From contig JALJEE010002363.1 of the NCBI GenBank assembly GCA_023231475.1, positions 1 through 47,536 on the forward strand: 47,536 nt of DNA, given 5' to 3'. The first letter of the stretch is position 1. Every line of letters starts with the position of its first letter. This document shows positions 1 to 13,303 of the stretch, in pieces. The translations under genes were made by a program, and so were the position numbers. Below the pieces are notes generated by a model that worked only from the letters and a program-made list of their open reading frames with translations, made no database searches and was not told where the DNA came from. This DNA comes from Seison nebaliae (lineage: Eukaryota).

Positions 1-148
1 ACTTCTCATATTCCAGAATATTTAAGAGATGAAATCGTCATTGGAAGAAAACTTATCACTGATAACATGTACAGTAATCTATCTCATTTTCTTTTTAATT
101 TACCCCGAGGGGATTTGATTTTATAATAAATAAAATAAAAAAAAATAA
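1..148 (+). mobile_element. possible 3' end of a non-LTR retroelement ORF followed by an A-rich (TAAAA)n tail
   Basis: Open frame 1-126 (TSHIPEYL...PRGDLIL*) is immediately followed by taataaaataaaataaaaaaaaa. No diagnostic protein motif is visible. Confidence 0.25.
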
Positions 149-704
149 CAGAACCCAAGAGTGGTTGAGTGACGGATACAGACGGATTGTCTTTTTTAGA
201 CGAAATGGGTTAACTTCATTCTCATTTTTGTCTCGTGGCTCTTATGTCCTTCTCCCATTTTTGACATGTAATTAGATTGTAGATTTAATTGTAGATTTTT
301 TGTTAAAAAATTTTCCGAATATTTGTTTGACAAATTATTGAAAATCTCTCAAACTATTCATGTTGTTCAATTGTTCATATATTTTTTATATTCTTTTTCT
401 ATTGATTACTTCTTTTTATTTTATTCACTACTCTTACTCCTGTCATCCGTCCTTTACAATGAAATAACGATTTTCGATGTCTCTTGATATTGAACAGAAG
501 TTAAACATTATTTATACATGTTTATATAGAAAGGAATTTAATTGGAAATAAACATTAAAGTAACTGAAAAACCAATTAAACATCGATTTTATCAAACAAA
601 ATCTTCTTTATATAAATTGTTCTACTTTCTCATATGAAATTTATCAACTGAAAATATGTCGAATATGAATATATAGTCATTTATCATGTCATTTATCATA
701 TTCA

Positions 705-933
705 TATTATTATTATTATTATTTATTGTTCAAATTCCCGCCGGGATAAGGAAGAAAAAAGACAAAAAAATTTTTTATCATCCCCAATATCGATCAAGCG
801 GTGTAACTCCGCAAGAGATACTAGGTCGATTGGTAGCGATGAAGCCGAGTCATATGTCAAAATGAAATTTTTAAATTCGTCGAGATGAATATTTCGTGAT
901 AATCTATAATAACGGACGGTATGCGAAAAAATA
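705..933 (-). repeat. dispersed ~230-bp repeat, copy A, with (AAT)n tail
   Basis: Aligns by eye with the reverse complement of 31037-31297: (TAT)n, aaattcccg, ggataagg, gatcaa.cggtgtaa.tcc, tcgattgg, aaaatgaaat, ggtatg.gaaaa in the same order and similar spacing. Confidence 0.75.
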
Positions 934-1605
934 GAGTTGAAATATGCTATACTGTTCTATACGGAAATATACTACATATGCTACTTGTTCTCTCCATATG
1001 CCGATCTGTTCGATGAAGTTTGATTACAAATATTCTGTTCTAAATATGCACTGCAATCTAGATAATATAATGGAATCGCATTAACAATAAGAAAGTCTAA
1101 ATTGTAATTCAATATTCATTCGTCAATGTCACATAAATTGCCTCTCATTCATCAATAACAAATTGTATTAATGATAATTAAAGTTTAATATATACATTGA
1201 GAGACTGTTTGTTTGTTTATTGTCTCATTATTGTTATTCATTTAAAGAAGAATTGTCATTCATTTTTACTCATCAAAAAATTAGATTGACACAGTTCTAG
1301 AATAGTGACATACAGAAATTTCGATAAAATCAATTTCTTCTATTTCTCTTCTATTTCGTTGATTATTCCAAAACGTTCCAAAACATATATAAGTATCATA
1401 AAGTGCGAGTTGTTTTGGACGCTTATTCAATCAATTGGATGCAAAATGAAACATTGGGGCAAAATGAGACACTTCGTAGCAAGCTTCTTTTTATTAGCAC
1501 TAAACCATTTTCCTAATATGTAAATTTCTTGTAAAATAGTTTTATAAGTTTAAGAAAATACATATTTATATAGATAAATCTAACAATAAGAATATTTTTT
1601 TTGAC

Positions 1606-3777
1606 ATGTCGAAAAATATTATTAAATCAATTAATAATTCTGATCATAGAGATGACGATCGCTGCGTCCAAGTGGATGATGATGATCAATATATGGATCA
1701 GGTGGTGCCGGATAAGTCAATTGTCTCTGATAAAGATATTCCTGATACAAATGATGGTAGGAAAGGAAGAGGTAGACCTAAAAGCAAAAAGAATAAGGAT
1801 ACGTGTACACCTACCACGAGTAAAAGAACTTGCTATGGTCCAGGTGTCGATGGAAGCTGCTTGATCAAAAAAACGGAACTGGTGTCAATTGAATTAAAAA
1901 TAAACCGTTCACTTTCTGAGAATGTGGAATACAGAAAGGACATGGTGGCTCTGTCGAATAAATTGGTCGAGATAAGCGATAAAGTAGGAAAAATGAACAA
2001 CAACTTATCATCAAATATTGTGGAAACAGAGAAATTGACGAAATTTTTTAAAACAATTCATGATAAATTAGAGATCACGAATGAAGCATCATCATTACCG
2101 TTGATCCAGAATGTTCCAAATGAGAACAACGGTCCTCTGAAAGGAAAGAATCCCATGGATGGTGTGAAAGTTTCGTACCTTAACGCGGTAAAATCAGGAA
2201 GGAAAAATATCAGTAAAACGACTGGTTCCGTTAACGTCGAAGTAGATGTCGATACGAAGTTACAGAGAGAAAGGCCGAAGAAGAAAAACATGCATCCAAG
2301 TATTAAATAGTGAACTGGGGAAATAGTGATCTATCGATTATCACAATCCCTCATTCAAGCGATGAAGTCACAAGACGAGTAATTATCTCCAACATCGACA
2401 GTAAAGTCCCGTTAGACTCAATTGGAAAATATTTATCTGATGGAAAATAGTATTCCGACAGGTGTCGCGAATTAGCAAATCTTCCAACGGTGAATTACTG
2501 ACCAGCTCAAGATGTAAGTTTATAATTGCAATCTCGAAGAAAGACAAACCGATGGTAATGGAAGAAAAATTTTGGCCAAATGGAGTCGAAATACGTGACT
2601 TCTTCTTCAACAAAGATACAAAGAAATTTTTGGATGAAAAATGTGACCAATTGGTGGAGAAGAGAATCAATTTTATACCGTCATCAGAGCAACCAAATTC
2701 TTCGGAAGGACTGCTCAATACGGATTCTCTTTACATTAACATTATCACCTTCAATTTTCACGGACCTGATGGATTAATCCCGTTCCTCCCCGATTTATTA
2801 TCTTTTGACATTATCTTGTTACAAGATGTGTGGCTATTATCCCTTCCTCATTATTTTCAGAACATCGACTCACACTCAATATTTCTAACACCTACGATAC
2901 CTCCTAGCGGTGACAGTGGTAGAGGTAGATGCTCTTTAGGTCTGATCACATTGGTCAAGAAGAATTTACATCCGTTTAATTTTCGTATCATCTCCAATCG
3001 TATTTCCTCCATTCAGATAGAATCATTGGTCGTGTTTAACGTTTATGGTGATACTTTATGGTGTTTATGGTGTAGTATAAATAGACCATATCTGATTCGA
3101 GAAATAAGTACGCTAGATAATGAATATGGTGGAAATGGAGATAATTTGTCACCTACCGATCTCCGCAAGTATATGACTTCGTCCCGTCTCAATAACTTTA
3201 CGGCAATTGATATATCTCTATCTAATGTTGATTCGATGGAGTTGATTTCAGTAAGAGGAACACTACCTCTTATTTTCCTCATTTGTTATATAATCGCTCG
3301 TTCTCGTAGGTTAAGAAGTGGTGTCTTCGTGTGTTTCCTAGATGCATCTAAAGCATTCGATTCCGTAAATGTTGATATCGGTATTGAGAGATTATGTATT
3401 GCAGGTGTGGACGAATGTTGTTTACACTTCATCAAACTACTATCGAAAGATTCCACTGGTCGATAAAAATAAATGGGCAAATTGGAAAGGAATATGTAAT
3501 CAATAAAGGTGTACGTCAAAGTTCCATCCTCGCCCCTTGGATATTTGGGAAAATACTTGATGATGTAATAATTCCTTGCAATAACCGATTCTCTTTTTCA
3601 TTGGAAAACTATAATTATCCCGCAGTTCTTCCATATGCTGATGATATAGTCATCCTCGCAACATCATCAAAAAACCTGAAAACGGTTTATGATGTAGTAG
3701 TGAGAAGAATGAGAAGAAAAATATCTATATATAAGTTCACATTATAATATAATATTATATTATATTTAATTATAATA
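1606..3777 (+). mobile_element. degenerate, internally deleted non-LTR retrotransposon (ORF1 + APE endonuclease + reverse transcriptase fragments)
   Basis: ORF1 1606-2310 has an AT-hook-like RGRGRPK and a coiled coil; an ORF1-type C-terminal motif FWPNGVEIRDF follows. Endonuclease N-terminus: IITFNFHG, DIILLQDVWL, VFNVY. RT motifs: FLDASKAFDSV, GVRQSSILAP, YADDIVIL. Stops, frameshifts and an AT-rich end at 3741-3777 indicate decay. Confidence 0.88.
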
Positions 3778-4531
3778 TCATACCAGTGGTATGAATTAAT
3801 CAATGCAAAGTTCAGTACGACGAGTACAATCAGACATCCAATGAGAAATTTAGGGAAGATTTATTAGATTCATATAGATAAATCTAAAATTGATTTATAA
3901 GGATATTAGATATGATAACGGATTAGTATAAAATTTTCGTGAAATTTTCTACATAGCAATACCATTCTCAATAGTTGAAATAATTATTTGACATGTGTTT
4001 CAATAAAATATTAAATATTAAAGGAGATAAATTGTAATAGAATAATAAGTGTAGTAGACGGACTGGATGAATGGAAGATAAAAGAACTAGAAGAATTTAT
4101 TAGAATAAAATGAAGGAAATAGTTTCTTTTCTAACGATTTTCCTTTTTTCGGGAAAAAAGATAACAACTTTTGAAAATGTTTTGAAAATAATCCTTTGAA
4201 TTCCTTTGAATCGCCATCAAAAGAATAGACGTTGAAGGAACATCAGCAACAAGTTAGAATGTGGGGAGAGTTTTAAATTTTAAAAGAAATTAATTTAAAG
4301 TGGATCTCTTTTCTCTCATAAATTATATGTGACGATAATTTGTGTTGTCTATTGGGAGAGAATGTTGTTGGGAGGGGGAGAAGAGTTCGTTCACCAGAAA
4401 ATTTCATGAAAAATTAATTTTGAAATAAATTAAATGGAAAAGATGAATCGATTAGAAATCGAAAGAAGAGAAAATAAGAGAAAAATAGAATTTTTTTTTT
4501 AATTTAAGGAAATTTTAACGAATCAAGAAAA

Positions 4532-7500
4532 TCACCAGATATTTCGATCATTTGTTTGTCCAAAAAATCGATTGTCAGTGGAAGAAGGAGGAATGCTACC
4601 CATTGTATTAGTGGGACCGTTGAATGAATTGAATGTTTCATTAGTTGGAGCATTTCCTTGAATGCCACCAGTCAACATGAGAGGTCCTTGTCCATCTCCT
4701 AGAATAAAAAAGAGTATGAAATTTTTTAAAAAGAACAATTCTAATTCGAACCATAAACAATGGGATTTTCACGATTCTGTTTATCTTCCTCTACTCTTAA
4801 ACGTTCATTTCTTTCCAATGTATCGATTCTCGTCGAATATTCTCTCATTGTCTGAATGAGATATGGCATCGCATAATCCATTAATTTGTGTTTCCATGCT
4901 AATTCCATTACATAATCGGGTCGTAATAAATCGTAGCATTGATAGAGACAGGCAGCGAAGCATTCGGATCTCTTATTTTCGAGGAACCAATAAATTAATT
5001 CTTCAGCTACATCCGTTTTTCTTGATTCGGTAGCGAATATCATTGCGTCCTTATAATAAATGAATGAAATAAAATAAAATAAAATGAAATAAAATAAAAT
5101 AAAATAAACTTTATATAATTCATCTCTCTTACATAAATCGACAGCTTGTTTCCAACGATTGTTCATCTTGTAAACATATGCAGCAATTCGACGGAATTCT
5201 AATAATTCCGATTTCTCCAACGATTGTGCGAGAGCGATGTTATCGAAATTGTCGTATGTTTCGATTGACGTTCTCAACGACTCATAATCCCCTTCTTCCA
5301 CCAACAAATTATTCAATGCCTCATTCACCACTTTATTGTTGTTGTCTTGTGCTGATGAGAGATAAGTCTTGACCAATGGCAAATGTTCATCTATTGGAAT
5401 GGATTTAATGAAATTAATGGAATTGAAGAAAAGAAGAAACTTTTTATGAAGAAATTCACACATTTCGTATGATCAAGTTTTGGTGAGAGGACGGTAAGTA
5501 AATCGCCGAGAAGCATCGGTTTGTAATTGATGTAGAATTGAATGGCGGAATAATATAATTCCACATTCGCCACTTTGGTGATGATATCTTTGAATTGATT
5601 TTCTCTCCATGCTTCCGATGGATGTTTCATCATTGCCAATACAGCATTATCGTATTCGTCATATTTGTCATAGAGGAAGACGAGTTCAGACCACAAATGA
5701 GCTTGTTCAGCCGCTTTCAATACTTTGGGAATGTTGACGCGTGACCAGAATAAATCTAAATGTTCTCTCATTCTTTCCGGTTTATATTTGGAATAGAGAA
5801 TGGCAAGTTCGGTGAACATGCCCATATGTGCCTTCTCCAATCCCAACGAACTTTCCAAAAGAGCGATCAATTCGGAGAAATGATATCCTTTCTGATAGAA
5901 ATTGATGAGGTGTTCCAATTCATCAGCATGAACGACGATATGTTGTCCACATAATTGTGCTAAACGGAATTCATTCTGTCTCACACAACTAAAACATACT
6001 TGTTTCCATGTCTGAGTAGAATTGGCTTTTCTTGCACTTTCCACAGCCGCTGAATATTCTCCTAATTCACATTGAGCGATAGCTAATCGTCCGTGATTGG
6101 AGACGTGTTTGAAAAGAATTTTCGATGCTTCATACATTTTATTATCGAAACATCGTTCACCCACAATCGGAATTTGTGCATGATTCGTATTTGTAATGAA
6201 TTCTTCTAATTGTCCTAATTTATTTGTTTTGGCGAATGCGTAAGCTAATTCATTATCGATTGCTGTCTCTCTCGTCTTCTTTCTCGCCATCATCAAATAT
6301 TTTACTAGATCATTATAATTATTAGAATTGCCTTCATCAACATTCTCATCATCTTCAATCGCTTTCACTACTTCCGTATAATTAGACGAATCTTCAGCAC
6401 GAATATAAGCATCGATCGATTTGTCGATTTTCTTCTCTTTCAAAAAAGCATCTCCCAATAATTTCCAGACAGCTTGATCATCACATCGTTCAGCGAAATC
6501 ATAAGCACGCTCTAAATCATTAATATTATTAATGAGAACTTTAGTTGCTGATGAATTGACATTGAACTTTTTGAAAATAGCTAACGCTTCCTCATACAAT
6601 TCGTTCTTAATTGCAATATCTGCAATTTCAGGTGCATCATAATTATCCATTCGATTAATATATTCCATCACTTTATCCGTATCAACTTTGATTGCTGTCA
6701 GAATTAATAAATTCTGCAAATTCTTATGATCACTAAATGGTGTTCGATCTAACATGATTCTTTCTAACAATTCAATCAATTCATTTGGTAAGTTCGCTTG
6801 CATAAATACTTTGACTGTTATCGTAATATCTTCCGGATCGTTCGTCTCAGCTAATGCTGTTTGAACGACTTGATCGATTAATTGACGTCGATAAACGTTG
6901 TCAGGTGAGAGAACTTTCGCCCAAATATCTTTATCTTTCCTCTTCACCAAATATCGAGCTTGAGTTCGGAATAATGAATTCTCATTACAAACATTAATCA
7001 ATTGGTCGTCACATTCACCTCTCTCATATGCGATACAAGCTAAATTTGGATCTCGTCTCTCACAATATTTCCCAATGACATTCTTATCATAAAAATTGTT
7101 CTCTTTCAAAAATCGTTCAGGATTATTATTTGAATCGATATAAATCTTTCCAATAGCATTGTGTACTCCAACATCTTGACTACCATCATGAATTTTTCCT
7201 TCCAACCATGGCAATAATAATTTCGTTCGATTTCTTCTATCTACTTCCTCCACTAATTGTTCGATATCGAATTCATTCTTTACTGAAAATACTAAATTCT
7301 TAATTTGATCATCAGTTGCATCCACATCCAATAAACTTCCCACAACCATTGGTAATCTCTTAGAATTGACTTTCTGAACGAAGATCTCGATATAATGATA
7401 CAAATTGTTATTGTATAAATAGAGAATGAGATCAGAAACGAAATCAAATCGATCACAAACAATCACCAATGGTAATTGATCAGTTAATTTGGCTTCTTTT

Positions 7501-9794
7501 AAAAAATTTTTCACTCGTTCTCCATCATAACAATTCGATTCTCGACAAATACGCTCCACTTCTTTCATCTGTCCTGTTTTACATGCTGCTTGAATATATT
7601 TGAAATGAACATCAGCATCTTGACTGAAATTGACGATCGATCCCAAAAAGTAGAATAATCCTTCATAACTTTTAAAGGATTCAAATAATTGAATGAGCGG
7701 TTCCGCACCAATCGGTTCACAATATTTAGTAGCAATTTGAACAACGATTTGAAGATTTTGACGAATATTCGTTTGTAACATCGCTTTCATACATTCTAAT
7801 GAATCTTCAACAGCTAATGTTCCGAAATAATTAATAAGCCATTCCGTATTTAAATGTGGAGTATTGACGATTGCTCGTTTGATATCAAACAAATCTGTAT
7901 AATGTTCCAATGCTCGTTGAAGGAGACCAGCTTTCTCACACAATTGAGCGATATGTTGTCGATCATAATAAGAGAACATCTTATTACCAAGAATCGCATC
8001 TGCCACTTTTGGTGCCGTCATTAAATTCATTTCCAGCAATTGTGTTTGAAGAGCACCTTCTTCTTCACGATTATTCTTCAATTGATCAAATAAAAATTTC
8101 GTACATTGTTTAGTCGCTTGATTCTCTTTGAATACATTCACCATATCTTCCAACGTCAAATTTTCCATCTTATTCTCATTGACGATTAATTCCGCAAATT
8201 TCATTCCATCATCTTTATCGTTTCTCATTATCGATCGTAATAATTGGAGCCAATCGGGCGAATAATTCACACTATTCACATATGGCATAATCTTGTCGAT
8301 TTGTTGTGATTCAACAAGACATTCGATCACTTTCTCCGAACAATTCGCTCGCGAATAAATAGAGAGAGCTAATTTGGAATCCATAAATTTGATGAGATCT
8401 CCAAGTTCTTCCGATGGGAACAATTTGTCTTGTTTGATCCAATTCTCAATCAATTCTCTTTTACCTTGTTGAATTGCTGGTCGTGATAATTCGATCGATT
8501 CGATTTTATTCAATTTTCCTGATTCCATAATCACTTGGAAATATTTCAATATTGCTGCACCACCTTCTGGTGTTTGTGCTTTCTGAAACATAGCGATTGT
8601 TTGACTATTTCTCAATTGATCGTTTGGAGCGGAAGCGGCAACTTTCGCAGCATCGATAAATTTACCTTCAGAAAATAATTTGTCAAATCGTTGTTTCAAC
8701 AAATTATCTGCACCACCCAAATTTGCTCTCATTGCCATTCGACATGCCAATTCTTCATTTTGAAGAGTAGTCTGAATAAATTTGATGATATTATTATCAT
8801 CTACTGAAATTGATAATATTTGTCCTGATCGACTCACACCAATTATTCCATTCAATTTCTCATATGCTGCTGTTACAAAAATCGTTTCTTGACTTACTCG
8901 ATTGACATAGAGACATGTCGCTGTTTCCATATCATACATATGGAGATATCCCAATTTCGTTATGAGATAAATGACACCATGTCGTTCACTCGATTGCATT
9001 GCTACTGGAAAATCATTATCATTCAATGTAATTTCTACACTCTTCTTCTTGAATGGTGTTCCGGTGGGTTGTTGAACAGTCGGATCAGCCGTTTCAACAA
9101 TCTGCAATTTATCGCCTTGTTCCGAATGACCAGCAAATGCGAGAATATTTGAATAATCTGGATTATTCTCTAATTTGATTCGAGTGAAAACGGCAGCATG
9201 TCCCGAAATTGGTTGAGAGACATTTCGACGTGGTGAATACAATTGCATCTTCCCAATCACTTTCCCTTCTTGTGCAATAATTCCAATAAGTAATAACCAT
9301 TGTTTCGTTCCATCCATATGATAATTTATGATTTGACAACCGTTCACTGTCAATGTTGAATGACGATCGAACATTTTCGAAGGAATCTGTTGATCATCAT
9401 TAATCGACCAATGATAAACTGATGTCGCTGTTACTAATCCAATCGTGTTCTCATTCACCCACTTCCAAAACACAACATCATCCGCCATATTATGCGATTT
9501 CAATTTCCGTCGACTATTCATGTCGAATATCTGCAATGTCTTTCCCGATTTGAGAGCGATGATTTTACTCGACGGATTCATAATGACCGAATCAGCTGTG
9601 ATGGGTCGTCGCAACGGATGTTCAATGTCATTCATGTCGAACACGACGAGAGACATCGTATTGTCCTGAACATTCTTGTCTCGAACACAAATGAACTTGT
9701 CCGATTGCATCGTCAACGTACTGAAGGAGATACTCTCCTTCTGTATGCCATGATTGGTGAGTTGCGCATGTTCATTAAAGACGATGGGCAACAT
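4532..9794 (-). CDS. CLTC: clathrin heavy chain; 4 exons (introns 5391-5440, 5050-5109, 4699-4751)
   Basis: Conserved motifs [47 protein letters not shown] and C-terminal PLMLT. Removing the introns restores a continuous frame. Confidence 0.98.
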
Positions 9795-9968
9795 CTTCAG
9801 AGAATGTCTTCGAAAATTTTCTTTTTCTCTTTAAAAAAGTTTCAAATGAAAAGAAGAAATGTAAAATCTTCTCACAAATCTCTTCCAAAAAATTTCAATT
9901 AAATTAATCTCCATTTATTTTTCTCATCAAAAACCAAAGTACACGAAACATTCGTCATGTGACTCATA

Positions 9969-9995
9969 TACACAAACACACACACACACACACAC
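9969..9995 (+). repeat. (CA)n microsatellite
   Basis: tacacaaacacacacacacacacacacag. Confidence 0.85.
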
Positions 9996-11322
9996 AGATG
10001 TATATAGACACATATACATGGAGAATGGTATGGATGATTTCCTTAAAATAAAACTTTCCTCTCACACGTCAAAGAAAAGAAGATTTGTGTAAAAATGTAT
10101 ATGAACTGTGTTGAGAGTTGACGAAAAAATTAATTTTGACGATAGTAGTCGTAGTAGGAATGATAAAAATTGAATAATAATAAGAATAATAATATCTTTC
10201 AAATTTAAACTTCTCATGAAGCTGCTGAGAGATAAATGTTTGAACAATCGTCAAATTTCGACTTGTAACAGAAATATTTAATTCTTTCGGCCACTATGAA
10301 GATCGGATGTTATGTTGTGTCACACGAATTATATTTGTTTAAAAGAAAAATGGACCGTCTTCATTCAATACATCGTCGACAGAACACATCAACCAGCGAC
10401 TTCTCGCACATATATAAAGAAATAGTGTGTGCACAAAAAAAAAGAAAGAATTGGAGAAACTTCTTAAAAAATCCCTCCAACCTATTAACCTTCCGATGGA
10501 GGAAGAGAAAAAAAAAATATTAGTTTACGCCACTGGATGGATGAGGATGAATGTAGTGGGGGAGATAGAGAGCAAACTAATATTTATTTTTACTGTCCTT
10601 TCCCAAATTAGTTCATGCAATTTTCCTTAAGATTTTTCTAGTTTCCCTTTATTCGACATCGACCAGACAGTGGATATATGCCTCCTACTCTTCCACCAAT
10701 TATTAAATTATTATTCATTCATATTCATCAATAATTTTTGTTTTGCATGAAACATATCACTTATCGTTTACGATACTCTCTCTCACAACTCGTCATTACT
10801 CGAAACTGTAACACTTGGTGTTGAAATGACGAGTCGCTTCTAAATCTCCGTTCGATGCAGAATAACTATTGAACTTTAATCATTTAATTCAATTCTCCTG
10901 TCAACGTCAATGGAGGAAAGTCGTTTCCTGGTAGAAATGCTTCTAACACCCTCTCAATTCCCCATTTGAACAATTAGCTTTCTAAAAATTCTTATGTTTC
11001 CACCTTAATACAATGAGAATCGATTAAAATTTTATTGACTAATTTATTTTTTACGATTAATGAATAATTTTGAAGTAAGCTTAAAATTTGAAAATTTTTA
11101 TCTATTCTAAACAATTGACTTTAATTCACATCTATATTCATTTTACAAGAAAGAAAATGTTTAATTGATTTGTAAATTATTGTTCTTTCTTAAACCGAAT
11201 TGTTTTGAATAAATATTATTTAATTTGATTTTTCTTCTAACGTTAAAAGGAGGAAATTAGAAAATTTGAAATTTTCAATTTTTCAGCTTTGTCAAAATTA
11301 AGAATAAAAAAGTAGACTTAAA

Positions 11323-13224
11323 ATGGACGTTAACGATGTGATGAAGTTCCGTCCGGAGACACCAATTGTTGGTGATCAATCTTGTTCATCTCAACGTTCT
11401 CATTCGTCGTTGATGGATAATCCGACTGGTTCGATGAGTGTTCGATTGAAGCAACGAATTGATATGAATCGGAATAATGCTGATAATTATGGTGGTGATC
11501 ATGTGAAAAAATTATTAGCATTTGATCCATCCAATGTCGATGAGATGGAAGTGGATGATATAGAAAATGAATTATTGGAGAAAGAGGAAGAGATGGAACG
11601 TTTAGAAGAGATTGAACGGAAACGACGGAAATTAATTGAGAAACAGAATCAGATAAATAAATTATTAGATGACGATGAACAACAACAGGTTTCCAATGGT
11701 GAATTGACAGAACATGGTGCACGTCGATTATTGTCGTTGGTAAAGAATCGAACGGATAAGAACGAATGTGAGAGAATGAAATATGCGGAAGAACCAAAAA
11801 AGTTTATGAAATCGGAAATCGAACTACATGAAGCAATTCAGCAACTTAATCAATTCAGTATGATTCCGAAGAAATTAGAATTATTTGATGAGATGAAAGA
11901 AGAGACGAAAATTATTCTCAATTTAATTCAACATCCCAATATCGACATATCTATCGCTCTCTTACAAGTTCTTATCGAATTAACAAGTGAAATTGATTTG
12001 AATGAGAAAATTGAGGAATATGAAGAGACTGACAATTATTTGGAAGAGATTCGTCATCAGAATGATTTCATGAAAAAATTCGCTCTCATCCTCATCGATC
12101 AATTCGATTTCCTTCAATTATTATTCCAATCAATTCTCTCACTTCAACGATCCATGTCTCAAATCGAATTAGATGATTCATCAATTCTTATTTTCATTTT
12201 GAATCTTTTAGAAAACTTTTCTGATTTATTATATTCGGAAGAGAGTGATGATACCAATCACATCTTATTAAGACAATTGAAAAATAAACCGAATTGTACA
12301 AGTAATTTAATACAATGGATTCTTCATCTAATTCGTCATCGAATTAAGACGACAAATGATAAAAGTGTCGAATTGAAAAGTTATGCAATTGAATTACTCG
12401 CCGATTTCTCTCGAGGACGAGAATGCATCATGAAATTCATTGGTGAGAGTCATGGAATCGATACAATATTGAGACAATTAAATATATACAAACGATCCAA
12501 TCCACAAACATCAACCGAATATGAAATGATGGAAAATATGTTTGGTGTTCTCTCTCAAATTCTTATTGTGGAATCGAATAAAGAAATATTCTTGAAAGAT
12601 GAAGGTGTTCAATTGATGATTCTGATTTGGGAGGGTGTACATCTCGCCTATTCTGGTTCTTGTCGTGTTCTCGATTATTTGTTTGATGGTCCTTCCACCA
12701 ATGGTGTCATTCCTCAACTTATCGTCCAATTTATCAGTTCTGGTGGTTTGAGATCATTATTTCCCATATTCATGGAACGACTTTATCATTCAAAGAAGAT
12801 GAATGTCATTTATCGAATTGATGACGAGAGGAAGAAAGTGGAGCAGCATTGCATCAATATTTTAGTGTCACTTTTCCGTCATACGGAAGCGAAAACTGAT
12901 TATCGTTCGAGAATTCTGGGAAAATTCCTCGAACATTCCTGCGAACGAATTCAACGAATTTTCGAATTATTCGAAAAATATTTATCGAAAAAACATTTCG
13001 ATTATTTCATTCAGACAAAAATTGCCGTTCTCATTATTCATTTGTGGCCGGCATTCACCGAAAAGATCGATCATCTCGTCAAACTGAAACGAGTTGATGT
13101 TATTCAAATTTATCAATTAGCCAAAGAAGATACGGTGGATGAGAGTTGTCTCGAACATCGACATGAAATGAAGAAATTATTGAAGAAATTTAAACTGCAT
13201 CATAACATCAAAACATCGACATAG
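11323..13224 (+). CDS. CTNNBL1: beta-catenin-like protein 1 (Prp19/NTC spliceosome complex), intronless
   Basis: N-terminus MDVNDVMKFRP; motifs RMKYAEEPKKFMKSEIELHEAIQ, HPNIDISIA, EMMENMF, FLKDEGVQLM, GLRSLFPIFM. Confidence 0.92.
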   Translation: MDVNDVMKFRPETPIVGDQSCSSQRSHSSLMDNPTGSMSVRLKQRIDMNRNNADNYGGDHVKKLLAFDPSNVDEMEVDDIENELLEKEEEMERLEEIERKRRKLIEKQNQINKLLDDDEQQQVSNGELTEHGARRLLSLVKNRTDKNECERMKYAEEPKKFMKSEIELHEAIQQLNQFSMIPKKLELFDEMKEETKIILNLIQHPNIDISIALLQVLIELTSEIDLNEKIEEYEETDNYLEEIRHQNDFMKKFALILIDQFDFLQLLFQSILSLQRSMSQIELDDSSILIFILNLLENFSDLLYSEESDDTNHILLRQLKNKPNCTSNLIQWILHLIRHRIKTTNDKSVELKSYAIELLADFSRGRECIMKFIGESHGIDTILRQLNIYKRSNPQTSTEYEMMENMFGVLSQILIVESNKEIFLKDEGVQLMILIWEGVHLAYSGSCRVLDYLFDGPSTNGVIPQLIVQFISSGGLRSLFPIFMERLYHSKKMNVIYRIDDERKKVEQHCINILVSLFRHTEAKTDYRSRILGKFLEHSCERIQRIFELFEKYLSKKHFDYFIQTKIAVLIIHLWPAFTEKIDHLVKLKRVDVIQIYQLAKEDTVDESCLEHRHEMKKLLKKFKLHHNIKTST

Positions 13225-13303
13225 AAATGAATATTTTTGTAAAATAAATTATTTTATTTTTCTTTTTTCATTTTCATAGAATTTATTTCCATCTCGAAAA
13301 AGA

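Noticed and set aside
795..850. Twister/hammerhead-like ribozyme (gcggtgtaactccgc)
   Set aside because: Catalytic core motifs are absent; the segment belongs to the dispersed repeat and the hairpin is not preserved in copy B.
1435..1473. Tandem gcaaaatga(a/g)aca motif resembling a pogo/Tigger-like terminus
   Set aside because: No partner inverted repeat or transposase found in the window.
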